Made by a program: the position numbers and the translations under genes. This document shows positions 1-12,971 of a stretch of 64,000 nucleotides of DNA, piece by piece. Positions within the stretch are counted from its first letter, which is position 1. The number at the start of each line of letters is the position of its first letter. Under the pieces are notes generated by a model, which saw only the letters and a program-made list of their open reading frames with translations, made no database searches and was not told the origin of the DNA. The stretch is from Leptogorgia sarmentosa (taxonomy: Eukaryota). The stretch lies in assembly GCA_964658305.1 (NCBI GenBank), contig OZ210885.1, positions 24,490,001 through 24,554,000 on the forward strand, in the 5' to 3' direction.

Positions 1-99
1 TGGAATATACACACAATTAGTGCTTAGGCATCTAGCAATTATCCCACATTCAAACTCAGAGGTGTTGTAATGCATATGAATAGCTGTAAGTCAACAATG

Positions 100-777
100 T
101 TATTTGCATAAATAATAATGCAATTTTAAATACAATGTATCAGTATGTGTACATTCGGTCATACCTACAGGTCCATATAAATGTGCAATCAATCCGTTTG
201 GTAAAGAGACTGATTGGAACTTCATAGCGTGTAAATGCTTGTGCCTGTTATACATGGTTCTTTGTAATTTTTTGGGACGACATATCGGTCGTACAGTTCC
301 GTCTATGAAACCAAAACAGTTTTCGAGAGCACCGCCTTTCCCATGAACCGCATCAGCATAATTCTGAAGATTTGATTTGCAGGACTGAGAATTGATTGAT
401 TCCACCTTGTAACTCTGTGTCCATGTTCTCTGTATATAAACTGAACTACTTCGTTGTGAATCATACTTAGTACTGGGGGTCTTAGTACTACATAGTCCTT
501 CTATGCCACTCCACACTGAGCCTCGAGGGCATATAAATCTCTGGGGAAGACGTAATAGTTCACCAAGCGTTTCTATATCGCTTTTTTGGCAGCGAAATTC
601 AGCCATACATTCAAATTCATCCATGTCTTCTAAGTTGAACTCTGCAATGTGTTTGTAAGGAAATTCGGGATTTTTTGAACGGTGCAGATCGAAAAGAAGC
701 AAAAATTCGTCTTCGTCTATCACACCTTAGTCGTAGCTCTCTAAAAGAATACCTCTAGTAATTTTAAATGATGCCAT
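100..777 (-). pseudogene. PIF/Harbinger (DDE_Tnp_4, HARBI1-like) transposase, 5' part, disrupted
   Basis: ATG at 777 (MASFK...) with in-frame TAA before the ORF at 723; motifs FGFIDGTVRPICRP, MKFQSVSLPNGLIAHLYGPV, then a GT donor near 168; rest of the gene lies left of the window. Confidence 0.85.
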
Positions 778-914
778 CAAACTAGTTTCTCCCCTTGTTT
801 ATGATGGAATGTCCAAGTAGCCGTCCTTTCGTAAACAAAAATCTTAAGGGTTTGAATTTGGCACGAATCCCGTAGTCTAGTCCCAGTCCCCCCTCTCTCA
901 CTCCCGTCGTCCTT

Positions 915-944
915 CTCTGTCCCGTCGCAGATCTTAAGGTCTCT
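915..944 (-). repeat. Probable terminal inverted repeat of the Harbinger element
   Basis: Minus strand reads TTA-GAGACCTTAAGATCTGCGACGG about 170 bp upstream of the transposase ATG; the TTA/TAA flank fits Harbinger targets. The partner end is outside the window. Confidence 0.45.
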
Positions 945-989
945 AATATATCTGGAGATCGGGCTCTCTCAGTGGGCTCTCCACTTTGA

Positions 990-2847
990 AGTGTCGCCAA
1001 AAACATGGCGGATTTTACGTCACACGTCCCCTATTCTCATGATGGTAATTACTGACCACAGTTGAAGTGTGTGCAGGTGCCGTTTCCAACCCCCCCTGGA
1101 TTTTACTGTTTGTTACTATATAAATATATATACTGCAGTGTTGTTTTGATATTTTTTCAAAGAATTGAGATAAAGTATTAAAATTCTCTTACATCTCAAA
1201 AATATATTGTTGTATTTGTTGATGTACGCGCCTATAAATACCGAACGCGATTGATTAAAGAGGACAGGAATGGAGCTTACTGCTTGCCTGACGGCCACCA
1301 CTGAGCTATAAGAAGACGTTGTTTCAAGACGTTGTTTCATTGTAATAACCACTGATATCACCACTAAGTTTTGTATCTGTATGTATTGCAATTTCAGGTA
1401 TATTCTATCGATGAAATTATTGAAAAATGAGTGCAGCATGTCAATATGAAGTGAAGTGTATATATTTATAATGGTCTTGCTTGAAAAAGGTAATGCCACT
1501 ATTTGATTGAACATTCAAGGAACAATTGCCTTTTAGATGCTTGATCTAGAATGTTTGATATCTGCATTTTATGCAATTCATATCTCATTTTTATTTGCAT
1601 TGAAGAATAATATTTTATCAAAAAATTTCCAAGATAATAATATAATATTTCAGGATATACAATAATATATTCATATTCAAATCACAACAAAATTATTTTT
1701 CTATGTTAAAACACATACAACACAAGTATGAGTAAACAAGTTGCTCAACCAATTCTATGGATGTCAATCCCCATTTGCTCAGCACCTAATTTTGCTGGCA
1801 TATTGACTTTGATTAGCCAGCACAACTAAGAAATAAATACTTATGGAATTGTGTTCACTTTCTAGTTTAATTTGATGCTTTCAACTTCAAAATCAATGTG
1901 AAATGGTCCAGTTATGTGGCAAATGTGATTGCACTCATCAATTTGCATTCAAGAGAATTAGATATGCATAGAATTGATTGAGACAAAATAAATATATTAA
2001 TACATTAGTAATCAGATGAAATTTTAACTTAATTATTTATTATTTCCTTATTTATTATTTCGGCTACTGAACATTGGAGAACAAATTATTAAAAACTATG
2101 TACAACAACTATTAACAAATGAATTAATTATATTAATTAGTTATTTAAAACAATATTATGATTGAAGAAATCATTATTAAAACTTAGTTATTGTTAAAAA
2201 CAATGTCATGGCACCCATGCCAGTGGTGCACTGAACCTTGCTTCCTCCCATCTTTTTGGGGGCATGCGAATCTTGTATGCTCTTACTTGCAACATGACCT
2301 AGCATTCCTGTTTAATATTAATCAACAATAAATGTACTGTAGATGTTTCACGAACAGTGTAATTGTAAAAATCTGGTGAAAATAACCTCAAGTTTCACCC
2401 ATGCAAGATTCCTACTGTGATGGCAGAAACTTTGATATTGTAAACTGGCCTTAAGAGACTGTTGTAAATAAATTTAAGCATACATACGACCTTTAACAAA
2501 ACCTGTCTTAGCAGAAAAACGTCTCGAACGATGTATAAGCATAAAATAAAATTTCCTCACCAGTGTGACGACAGTTCTTTGTTGTCAAAGGAGTTGTGAC
2601 ATCCATAAACATAGCAAAAACGCGGCATGTTGATAATCAACAAAATTCAACGAAATATTGTTTTGAATAAAAAACTTTGACGTGATGTTAGCTGGTATTT
2701 TAGTATTTTATTTCCAGACAGGGGGGTGAGAAAACTGCTCACTTTCGGCAATGTTATTTGGTCAGTGGTTAGTCCCCTGAAATAGGGGACTTACTACGTC
2801 ATAATGACGTAAATTTGGCTAAAATCCGCCATGTTTTTGGCGACACT
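990..2847 (-). mobile_element. Non-autonomous DNA transposon relic with imperfect TIRs and a THAP-like first exon
   Basis: AGTGTCGCCAAAAACATGGCGGATTTT at 990 is the reverse complement of 2821-2847, with further patchy inverted matches (TCCCCTATT, ACTGACCA). No TSD found. Confidence 0.6.
2561..2628 (-). pseudogene. THAP-domain-like first exon remnant
   Basis: MPRFCYVYGCHNSFDNKELSSH (M-P-x-x-C-x4-C-x-N start typical of THAP) followed by a GTGAG donor; no downstream exons recognised. Confidence 0.55.
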
Positions 2848-3699
2848 ATTGGTTTTGTAATTGTAACCAATGTGAAGTACGCACAACATTCAGCACGCCA
2901 TTCGGCACCAGATTCAGCACAAGATTCAAATCCGCTAAAAAATGTGAGCTCGCTCGTTTCAATCATCCAGAAGTACATTATATATTTTACTCGTTTTCTC
3001 ATTATATAAAACATATAGAGACCAGAAACACAATGAAATAATTACAACGAGTCATTCTTTACAGTTTCTGATCAAAATATATCGTAAATGAACGACTTTT
3101 CCACCGAAAAAAACACTTTTTATCCAACCCCATAATTATGTCATCATGAACAAGCGCCGCTGTAAACGCGCTTTTAACTTCCCAATTTCTCATCAGCTAT
3201 ACTATAAAAATTCTTTAAAATTTGGCATATTGTGCAACTTTAGGTCCTCTTTAACATACAACTTCAAACTTAGGTGGCAATGTCGAATAAATATCAGAAA
3301 TCACATCATAAATTCAAGCGTATTTCGTGCGTCTTGGCATAAGATTACAATTGTGAATTACAATGCGCATATTGTAAACAAACCGTTCTAAAACATGTAA
3401 ATGCCTGTATGACGCGCCAAACGTGTCTTTATTGTCTGTTTTTATAAAAATTCCTCTATCATTTTTATTTATTCATTGTAGCAATTGTAAATATTCTAAG
3501 TAAATTAATTTATTCACCGTAATATAAATATATTCGCATTGGATTTATATATATTGAAAACAGAAAACAGGGTAATATTTATGATTCGAGAAACAAATAA
3601 AATATTGCAAGCTGAATATTTACAAAACAGCTTATTTTGCCGGATTTGGATACCAATATTTATTGGTATCCAAATTCGGCAAAATATACCAATATTTAT

Positions 3700-6279
3700 T
3701 TCGAGGAAGAGACGTAGAAAAGCTGCGTCTGGTGAATCTGGAAAACGAGGAAGACCCTGTTCAGCATCCATTGTGCACCGAGAGCTTGTAATTATACCAC
3801 ATCCTGACACAAAAAAAGTGCCTACACATGCTGCACGTGTAGCGCTTGAAAAGAACAAACTTGTTGTGTCAGGTTTTCCTTTTGACCGATCATGGGATGC
3901 TGTAGCACTGAAATCAAACATTCGTAAACAACTTCCTGGAGAGTATATGCTGTTTCAATATGTCAAGGCAAGTAAATTATAGCAGTTACTAGAAATTATT
4001 TGACCAGTATACATCCCTATTAAACAGGCTAACAATCTACAGTGTGTTGTAAGTATTAAAGGCTGTCTGACTGTGTAGCATTCTACAACTATTACATGGT
4101 ACACTATACACTCATATACACTAACATAAACTCATTCACTGATGCGATACATGAAACCCATTATCCCAATAATGAAGTATTCCAGTAGTGAGTACTGTCT
4201 CAAAATTCATCACCCCTAAGAAGAATTCTAATTGACAAATAGAATGGTCATTGATCTACTATTATTTCCTGATGAATGTGAACTATCAAAATGCTTAAAC
4301 AGTGCTATTTCATTCTGTGACAAATTTTTGACAGAATTGCTATGGGACACTTGTGGTGCCAAATTTTGCAAGTGGACAGGAAGTCAATACAGATGCATTG
4401 CTGAAGATGGCAGGTCAAGGTGCTGTGTATGTACGACTGCTGGATCCATACACCATTACAGATTCAGACACAGATTCTGATTGTGATGAAAGATTGATAG
4501 AAACTACGTTAAACTTTGGTAAGAGACAAATATAGCATAGACGACTACAGATGTTAGTTTTTACTGAAGAATAATAGCTCTATATTTGTGCTCTATAGTA
4601 TTTTACTCTTGGTAACAGATGATTTTCCTATGATTAAGGCCAAATGATCTCACTGATCAAAGGCAAAGCTGGCTGCAGTAGTCAAAAGGGTCCAATAAAC
4701 TTACAGTAACCATGCAAGGGAAAATTCTTATGAGCTAAACACTATCCATGACTAATGTTAGTGATAGGATTTCACATTGTATAATGTGGCAAGTGCATTA
4801 TAACAATGTGCATGTTGAAATTGCACTCCTTTTGCCATCTTTTGACAGGTTCTGATTTATCTGCTACCCAAAGAAGTTCTGGTAATCCTGACCCCTTACA
4901 CAAAGGAATAATAACTAATACACTCAGTTTATTATTATTATCCATCAATCTTGTCATTTCTGTAAAAAAAATTTGCAACAGTTCAGATATATATCAGATA
5001 AAGTAAGATCCCAGGAACTGATTTCCCACCCCCTGTGATTTCCCACCCACTCCACACCAAGACTGGGTTTGTACATTTTTGTTTTTTATTTGCAGGAAAT
5101 TCTAATTCTGTTGCCTGTGGAGAGCCTACAGTACTGCCTAGTGAAGAACCTATAGTACTGCCTGGTGAAGAACCATCCACAAGCATGGGAAATTCATTGG
5201 AAATAGCAGATATAGCTGCAGATCTTCACGAAATTCCTGAAACTGCTCTAATTCCTGATGTATTACCTCTAGAGTTACAAGATAAAATTAACATTCGCCT
5301 GCATCGAGCCAATTTAAAGAAGGAACTTATAACTTTATTTGAAGACAAAGACATTGTCAACAAGTATCTTGAGGTAAAAATGATAAATGAGCACGGAGAT
5401 GATGAAAAAGGTGAAGGGTGTGGTGTAGTCTGCGATGCGTTCTCTTTGTTTTGGAATGATGCATATTTAAGTTTGATGCTAGGAGAAGAGGAGCGTGTCC
5501 CATGTATACGTCATGACATGGGCAAACGGCAATGGCAGGCTGTAGCTCGAATTTTTTTGAAGGGATTCTTTCAAACTGGATACTTTCCAATTCAAATATC
5601 ACAAGTCTTCCTGATCTCTCTCATGTTTGGAGAAGATGCAATCACAAAAGAAATGTATTTAGAATCTTTCAAAAGGTACGTGTCTCGGGCTGAAGCAGAC
5701 TTGATTGAAAAAGTTATGGAATGTAAACTTCCCCTTGACGATGACGACTTTGAAGATTTCCTTTCTGCATTTGACTGCAAGAAAATTGTTAATGAAGCAA
5801 ATATTACCGAGGTTCTAATTGAATTAGCTCATAAAGAGCTTGTTCAAAAACCAAGTTACGTAGCGGATTGCTGGGAAAAAATATTATCCCCTCTAAAACT
5901 ATATTTTCCAACAATAAACGAGTTGGTGAACCAGCTATCTTCACTACAACCAACGCCAGGAAAGTTATGTCGCATCTTCAATGCAACGCCAGCCAACCCA
6001 GCAGAAGCTGAAACCTTAGCACATCTTAAGAGATGGGTTAAGGGGCTAGACGACACCTCTCTAAGAAAGTTCCTCAGGTTATCAACTGGTGCAGATGTTC
6101 TTATTGGTGGTGAAATACAAGTCACATTTACCTTGCTCACCGGAGCTGCAAGAAGACCGATTTTCCACACATGTGGCAGTGTCTTGGAGCTACCATCGAC
6201 ATACGACGATTTCTGTGATTTCAGGCAAGAATTAACAAACATTGTAAGTCAGCAAGATATCGAAATGGGTCTTTTGTAG
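3700..6279 (+). CDS. HECT-domain E3 ubiquitin ligase-like protein, multi-exon, start codon not found
   Basis: Last exon about 5096-6279 is open: E-x-G-x-G-x-G-V, FLRLSTGAD, RRPIFHTCGSVLELP (catalytic HTC) and a short C-terminal tail. Upstream exons at about 3700-3967 and 4336-4518. Confidence 0.8.
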
Positions 6280-7785
6280 ACCAGTTATATGCACTGTCTT
6301 ATGGCACAAAATTATCAACACGATTGCCAATTATACTGTTATGCTGTAAAGTTTGAGCTTAACTTTAAACTTTTAGTAAAGTAAGTAAACATTCGAACAT
6401 GTTCATATTATTTAGGTTATTTTGTTAGATTAATAGAGTTATTAACACTCCTTCACAAGATCCGATTTCGCGTGATCGATTCAAATCCTGGTGTGCTGCC
6501 CGATCTAGTGTATGAAGTCAATGCTAACGTTTATTGCCATAAACTGTCAAATGCGGTTGAGAACGCGAACACAGTTTTGGTGTTAGTTGTTAAGCATTCG
6601 CTCCATTAGTTGTACACATTGTAGATAGGCAACAATTCCATTGTCTGCATTTGTTACGTTTATGTTTTCCTTAATAAAATTGATTTGTTCATCAGTCAGG
6701 TTTGCGTCGACCCTGGGTACTGTTACTTGATAATCTGTACCCTCTACATTCATTTGGGAATCGTATTCTACACCATAAACTTGCACTTGTTCTTCACTAA
6801 GAAAACTGTCCATCCCACTAAGATCGGAATTTAAGTTCTCTAAGACGCCTTTAGTATACAATTGAAGTGGTGAGAGGTTATGCTCGGACGAAAGTGGATG
6901 ATGTTGCCATTGCTGCACAAATTCATCGAGTGAATTGTTGATTTTATCCTTAAATACGAGATGAAGGGCAAATAGGTGTGCTTCATTTAGAGGATTCAGC
7001 TGTCCCGATTCCTCGAGTGAATGAAAAATTGAATTGAAAAATGTTAGGACACCAGCGTATACATCTCTATGGACAGAACTGCCGGTTATAATGCTCCCCC
7101 TCCCCAGCCCTCGATGTTCAAGCATGTAAGTGGCAACCCCAAAGTTTTCCATCCCATGGTCACTTTCGGACACAGGAAGGCAATCCGTACCTTGTAACAC
7201 CTTTTTCAAATTGTTCCAAAACCGTCACACTTCGACTTCGGTTATTATCAGCGCAATGGACATATATGAGTAGTCGCGAATAGCCATCAATGCAGCAATG
7301 AACAACAAACCGGTATCGTATCAATTTATGATTGCCATCTATATGCCATAATGCATTTGGGCAAGGAACGGAGTACTTCCTGCGGTATATGAGCGGCCGC
7401 CATCTCAAAGCTGTACCAATCGGATCAACACGCCTCAGACATTCTCGTATTCTTCTACGCTGAACATGCATGTTCCTGCTTCGTATAGCGCCCATTAATC
7501 TACGTTCTCCAATGTTGGGAGTTGTCACGCTAATTTCCTGTACAATTCTTTCTAGTTCTTCGTCGGATATTGGAGACCATTGAGGACTTTCTTCATTCAA
7601 TTTGTGACAGTCACGTGGATTGTGTATAGCTCATTAGAATTGTAGATAGGGTCTCTATGTATATAAACGTGTGTATTTTGTGAATAAAGTGATTTTTTTA
7701 GTCCTCTCTTTTCGAGTAGAGGCTTGGAGTGTGCGTTACATTTGGTAGCAGGAAGTGGTTTTTATAACTATTGAATATAGCGGCA

Positions 7786-9339
7786 ATGTCCTTAAACCGA
7801 GCAATGGAAACGCAAAGTCAGAGAAGAGAGCGTACGGAAGGAGTTCTGTCGGATGTTGATGATGAATGCATCGCTGAACCCGTTGAAGAGGGGCGAAGTA
7901 ATGACAGTTTAGGAAATCAGTCGCAGCTTGAAGAAACCCTGCAAATGATGAAAGAAGTATTAAAAGGGATAGAGAACGATCAAAAAGAACTTAAAGAGTC
8001 ATGTGAGCGGGTGTTTCAGGAAAATACAAGATTAGTAGAGCGCGTAGAAAAGCTTGAATCATACAAGACTGAGAGCCGAATTAATAATTCCGATTTCGAA
8101 ACTCGTTACGATAACCTAGAAGAGAGTATCGGACAGTTGGTGTCAAACGTTAAACAACTTTCGTCTTACGTAAAGGGAGAGGTTGATGCAAAGTTACAAT
8201 ATTCTTCGGAAGCTATCTCTTCAGTTCGCTTGCAGTTTACAGAAAGTTTTGATCAATTACTCACGGCAGTAGAGAATCTAGATAAGCATGTGCAGTCAAC
8301 CGAAGTTGATTTGCAACGCAAAATGATGGAGATTAGCCGTGCCTATCCGGTCGGGAGTCCAGAAGCAAAATCTACCGTAGTGAAACCGACTACAATTACA
8401 AGTGTTACAAAAGCGGAGCGAAGGTTTCTCTCGACAAAGCTGGATTTGGATCATTCCCAAAGCGATAAAGTTCACAAGGTTGGACAAAGAAAGCCAATTC
8501 AAGCGGCGCCCAAATTTAACGGCAAATCTTCATGGGAAGTATTTAAAGTGCAATTTGACATTGCAGCAGAAATCAATGGGTGGCAAGAGAATGATAAGGC
8601 GGTGTTCCTGGCTACTGCATTGGAGGGAAAGGCTGCACTGGTATTGGGCAATCTGTCCAGTTCAGAACGACGTGATTACAAAGTATTAGTCAGCGCTTTA
8701 ACGACACGTTTTGAGATGGCTCACCAGTCAGAGTTGGCAAGAGCAAAGTTGAAATGCAAAACAAAAACAAAGGAAGAGTCCATGCCGGAACTAGCAGAAT
8801 ACGTCGAGACCCTGACCAGAGCAGCGTATCCGGATGCCTCAGCTGAGCTACAAGATATAATGGCTAGAGATAACTTCATCGACGCGTTGCCGGATGATGA
8901 CATACGGTTGAAAATTCGCCAGTCTAGACCTTCCTCACTGCAGGCCGCCCTAGAAAGTGCAATCGAGCTGGAATCATTTCGGTTGGCGTTCCGAAATCGA
9001 AGCAGGTCATTGCGAGATAGCTCCTGGAATGTTCGCAAAGTAGAAGAAACCAAGGATGATTCTGGAAGAGAAGTAGAGAATTCTAGCATCAAGCGTCTCG
9101 AGCGAATGATGGACGCATTGTTGAATGAATTGAGGAAAAATGCTGGTTATGGTACACCACATAAACTCCCGGAGCAGCCGAAATGTTGGAACTGTGGTAA
9201 ACCAGGTCATTTGCGAAGGCAGTGCACAGACGGAAATAAGAGGGGAAGTGAGAGGAAAGGTGATGGTTTAGCTGAAGTCGGTGACGGAGAAAATAAGAAC
9301 CTATCTAAGCAGCAGGGAAACGAGCCACGGTCGACTTGA
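7786..9339 (+). CDS. gag: Gypsy Gag with coiled coil, capsid region and CCHC zinc knuckle
   Basis: Open ORF from ATG 7786; PKFNGKSSWEVF capsid motif; CWNCGKPGHLRRQC knuckle. Confidence 0.92.
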   Translation: MSLNRAMETQSQRRERTEGVLSDVDDECIAEPVEEGRSNDSLGNQSQLEETLQMMKEVLKGIENDQKELKESCERVFQENTRLVERVEKLESYKTESRINNSDFETRYDNLEESIGQLVSNVKQLSSYVKGEVDAKLQYSSEAISSVRLQFTESFDQLLTAVENLDKHVQSTEVDLQRKMMEISRAYPVGSPEAKSTVVKPTTITSVTKAERRFLSTKLDLDHSQSDKVHKVGQRKPIQAAPKFNGKSSWEVFKVQFDIAAEINGWQENDKAVFLATALEGKAALVLGNLSSSERRDYKVLVSALTTRFEMAHQSELARAKLKCKTKTKEESMPELAEYVETLTRAAYPDASAELQDIMARDNFIDALPDDDIRLKIRQSRPSSLQAALESAIELESFRLAFRNRSRSLRDSSWNVRKVEETKDDSGREVENSSIKRLERMMDALLNELRKNAGYGTPHKLPEQPKCWNCGKPGHLRRQCTDGNKRGSERKGDGLAEVGDGENKNLSKQQGNEPRST

Positions 9340-9373
9340 TGGGGCCAAGATCGACCGACGAAGCCAATGCCCC
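9315..9373 (+). promoter_or_regulatory. Predicted -1 ribosomal frameshift signal (slippery heptamer plus pseudoknot)
   Basis: G GGA AAC in the gag frame at 9315-9321; stem CGGTCGA/TCGACCG with inner CTTG/CAAG; loop GGGGC can pair with GCCCC at 9369-9373; pol is in the -1 frame. Confidence 0.75.
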
Positions 9374-12300
9374 TGCACGGAATATTGAAGTTAAGGTGTG
9401 TGGAGGCTCTGTACTTGTGGACGGTTTTATCATGAACAGTCCCTGTAGTTTCACGATAGATACTGGCGCGGACGTAACGATTATGAGTCACCGTGTATAC
9501 ACTGGTTTGAAGGATGCGGAAGGACTACAAGTTCCACATCTGAACGAGTCTATCAGAGGGATTGATGGAAACGAAATACCTGTGCTTGGAAAAGTTGCTG
9601 TTCTTATTGGATTAGGCGAAAGACGATCGACACGAACAGTTTGGGTGGCACGTGTTCAAGAAGATTGTATCTTGGGAACTGACTTCCTTCGGGAAGAGGG
9701 ATGTGTGATTGATTACCCGAACAATGTGTTGCGTTTAGGAGAAGCTGAAATTCCTTTGCGATCTAATAATCATGGTGTTAGATGTCTCCGTTTGGTGTTG
9801 GATCAGTCGGTAAAAGTTCCTGGTCATTCTGAGATGATAATTCCGGTGAGGGTCAAAGGAGAAAAAGAGAGTTTTTGTTGGGGAGCAGTTGGCCCATCCA
9901 GTGGGGGAACGGGAAAACGTGGCATCATGGTTGGGCGAACATTAATTGACTTGAAGAGAGATTGCGTACCAGTGCGTGTGGCAAACTTTAGTGCTAGTAG
10001 ACAGAAGTTGAAAAAGGGGTTGAAGTTGGCGGTGTGTGAACCAGTAACAAGTGTAACCTCAAGAGTAATTAAAGGAGAAAAGCCTGATGAACCGTGTGGA
10101 AAAGTACCAAGTCATCTAAAACCGTTGGCGGAGAAAACGGCAGAGGTGTTGGATGAAGAACAGTCCAGTAAAATTACAAGTGTTCTTCTAAATTACCAAG
10201 ACGTATTCTCAAGGAACGACGGTGATATTGGTCGTGCGGAGGGTGTTCAACATAAAATCGACACAGCAAATTCTCTCCCTGTCAAACAAAATCCACGAAG
10301 GCTTCCTCTGGGTAAAAGACAAGAAGCGGACAGTGCTGTAGAAAAGATGTGCGCACAAGGAGTTATTGAGAAATCAACTAGCCCGTGGTGTTCACCCGTT
10401 GTATTAGTCCGAAAAAAAGACGGGACAACACGTTTCTGTGTCGATTACCGCCGCCTCAACGACGTCACTCGTAAGGATTCTTTCCCACTCCCTCGGGTGG
10501 ATTCGACACTGGATGCCCTGAATGGGTCCCAATGGTTTTCCACACTAGACCTCAAGAGTGGTTACTGGCAGGTTCAACTGGAGGAGTCGGCAAAGGAGAA
10601 AACGGCGTTCTCATTCGGGGAAAGGACTGTGGCAGTTCAACGTTATGCCGTTTGGCTTGTGTAATGCGCCGGCGACGTTTGAGCGCTTAATGGAGTCTGT
10701 GTTAGCACGTATGCCCTGGGAAACTTGTTTGGTATATCTTGATGATATCATTGTAATGGGGAAGAGTTTTGATGAACATCTGGTCAACTTAACACAAGTT
10801 TTTGAACGGCTTCGGAGTTCAAACTTAAAATTAAGTCCTAAGAAGTGTTCTCTGTGTCAGACTCAAGTCACGTACCTGGGATATGTTGTCACAAGAAGTG
10901 GGATTAAGCCAGATCCGAAGAAGGTCGAAGCTGTCCAGTCGTGGCCGGTACCAGTGAATGTTCAGGAACTACGCAGTTTCCTCGGGTTATGTTCCTATTA
11001 CAGAAGATTTGTGAAAGATTTCGCAAAAATAGCTAAGCCCTTGCATTCTTTGACGCAAAAGAATACACCTTTCAAGTGGGATGAAGACTGTCAACAAGCG
11101 TTTGTAGACCTCAAAGAATATTTGACTCGGTCTCCCGTTCTGATCTATCCTGATCCAAGTAGACAGTTTATCCTGGATACTGATGCAAGTCATCTTGCTA
11201 TTGGTGCAGTGTTATCACAGTTAATAGATGGAAAGGAACATCCGGTAGCATATTTCTCTAGAACACTCAACCAGCCAGAGAAACAATATTGCGTCACAAG
11301 GAAAGAATTACTGGCAGTCGTGCAAGCGATAGAACATTTTCACCCTTATTTATATGGCAGGCATTTTATGGTATGCACTGATCACGCATCACTCCAGTGG
11401 CTCCTCAACTTTAAAGCTTTGGAAGGACAGTTAGCAAGATGGATGCAAAAGCTTGGCGAATACGACTTTGAAGTAAAGCATCGAAAGGGAGCTGAACACG
11501 GGAATGCTGATGCTCTGTCAAGACGACCCTGTTTTAGAGAGAGCTGCAAATATTGCGAAAGAACAGAAGTCAAATCGAGTACGCAGCGGAGCGTAACTGA
11601 TGATGTTCACAATGGGAAGTCCTACAAAGCGGCAAGAATTCAAGCGGAAGCATCGTCTGACACAATACCTGATTTTGGTATCACGAGACAAGAACAACTG
11701 GAAGATCCTGATATACGTGTAATCATTCAGCTAGTTGAGGAATCAGAAACAAAACCAGCTTGGGAGAAGATTGCTTCGTATAGCCTGGCTGTTAAAGTTT
11801 ACTGGGGCCAGTGGCAATCTCTACAAATTATAGACGGAAAACTTTACCGATGCTTGGATGTAATACCACCAGAAACACAGTGCAAGCAGTTAATAATCCC
11901 GACACACCTTCGTCCGATGGTGCTACAACATCTTCACGATAGCCGATCAGGAGGACATTTCGGTGTGGCGAAGACTTTAGGAAAGATAAGAGAACGGTTC
12001 TTTTGGCCTCTTTGCAGGCGTGATGTAGAAAGATGGTGTAGGAATTGTGAACAGTGTTCATCTAGAAAGGGACCCCAAAGGAAACAAAGAGGTCCGATGA
12101 GACAATTCATTGTGGAGCGCCACTCGAGAGGATCGCGATCGATGTTTTGGGTCCTCTGCCTGTCTCAGATAGGGGAAATAAGTATATCCTGATTGCAGCT
12201 GACTATTTTACAAAATGGGTCGAAGCATACCCATTGGAGAACCAGCGAGCAGAAGTAGTGGCAGAAGTGCTGGTGAAAGAGTTTGTCTCGCAATTTGGTG

Positions 12301-12971
12301 TTCCAATGCAACTGCATTCAGACCAAGGGCGGAATTTTGAGTCAGCTGTGTTCTCGGGAGTATGTAAGTTGCTCGGAGTTGACAAAACAAGAACTACTGC
12401 CCTCCATCCAGAATCGGACGGCATGGTAGAAAGATTCAACAGAACCCTGGAGAATCAGTTAGCCATTTTTGTAGAACATCACCAAAAAGATTGGGATGAT
12501 CATATACCTTTGCTAATGATGTCCTACCGTTCAGCCGTTCATGAAAGTACGAAACAGACACCGGCCAAGTTAATGTTTGGGCGAGAGTTGAATTTGCCAA
12601 TCGATTTGCTTTTTGGAAGACCTCCTAACGAAAGAGTTGAAAGTATTGATGATTATGTGGAAGCATTGGAGAAAAGATTGGAAAATGTGTACGAGTTTGC
12701 TCGGATACGAACACATGTTGCAAGTGATCGAATGAAGAAACGGTATGACGTGTGTGCGTCGGACGAAGTTTTCAAAGTTGGAGAGTTGGTTTGGCTTTAC
12801 AATCCGAGGAGAAGAAAAGGCCTGTCTCCTAAGCTAATGTGTGATTGGGAAGGTCCATGTGTGATTGTTAAACAAATTAACGAATTGCTGTACAGAGTTA
12901 GGAAATCCAATCGGGATAAGCCAAGAATAATACACCAGAATAGACTATGGTGTTATGCAACGGAAAACTGA
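9336..12971 (+). pseudogene. pol: Gypsy Pol (protease, RT, RNase H, integrase) with two single-base frameshifts
   Basis: IDTGAD, LDLKSGYWQ, YLDDII, LDTDAS, HHCC zinc finger, SDQG, ERFNRT; frame changes near 10620 and 12115. Confidence 0.92.

Noticed and set aside
1290..1312. tRNA or SINE A-box-like TAGCTCAGTGG (also near 61457)
   Set aside because: No B-box or cloverleaf at the expected spacing.
2799..3391. Small ORFs mirrored at 17201-17573
   Set aside because: They are translations of the foldback inverted arms with no protein motifs.
8296..12439. Antisense and alternative-frame ORFs within Gypsy (similar ones in BEL, hAT, Academ)
   Set aside because: Shadow ORFs of real coding sequence with no motifs.
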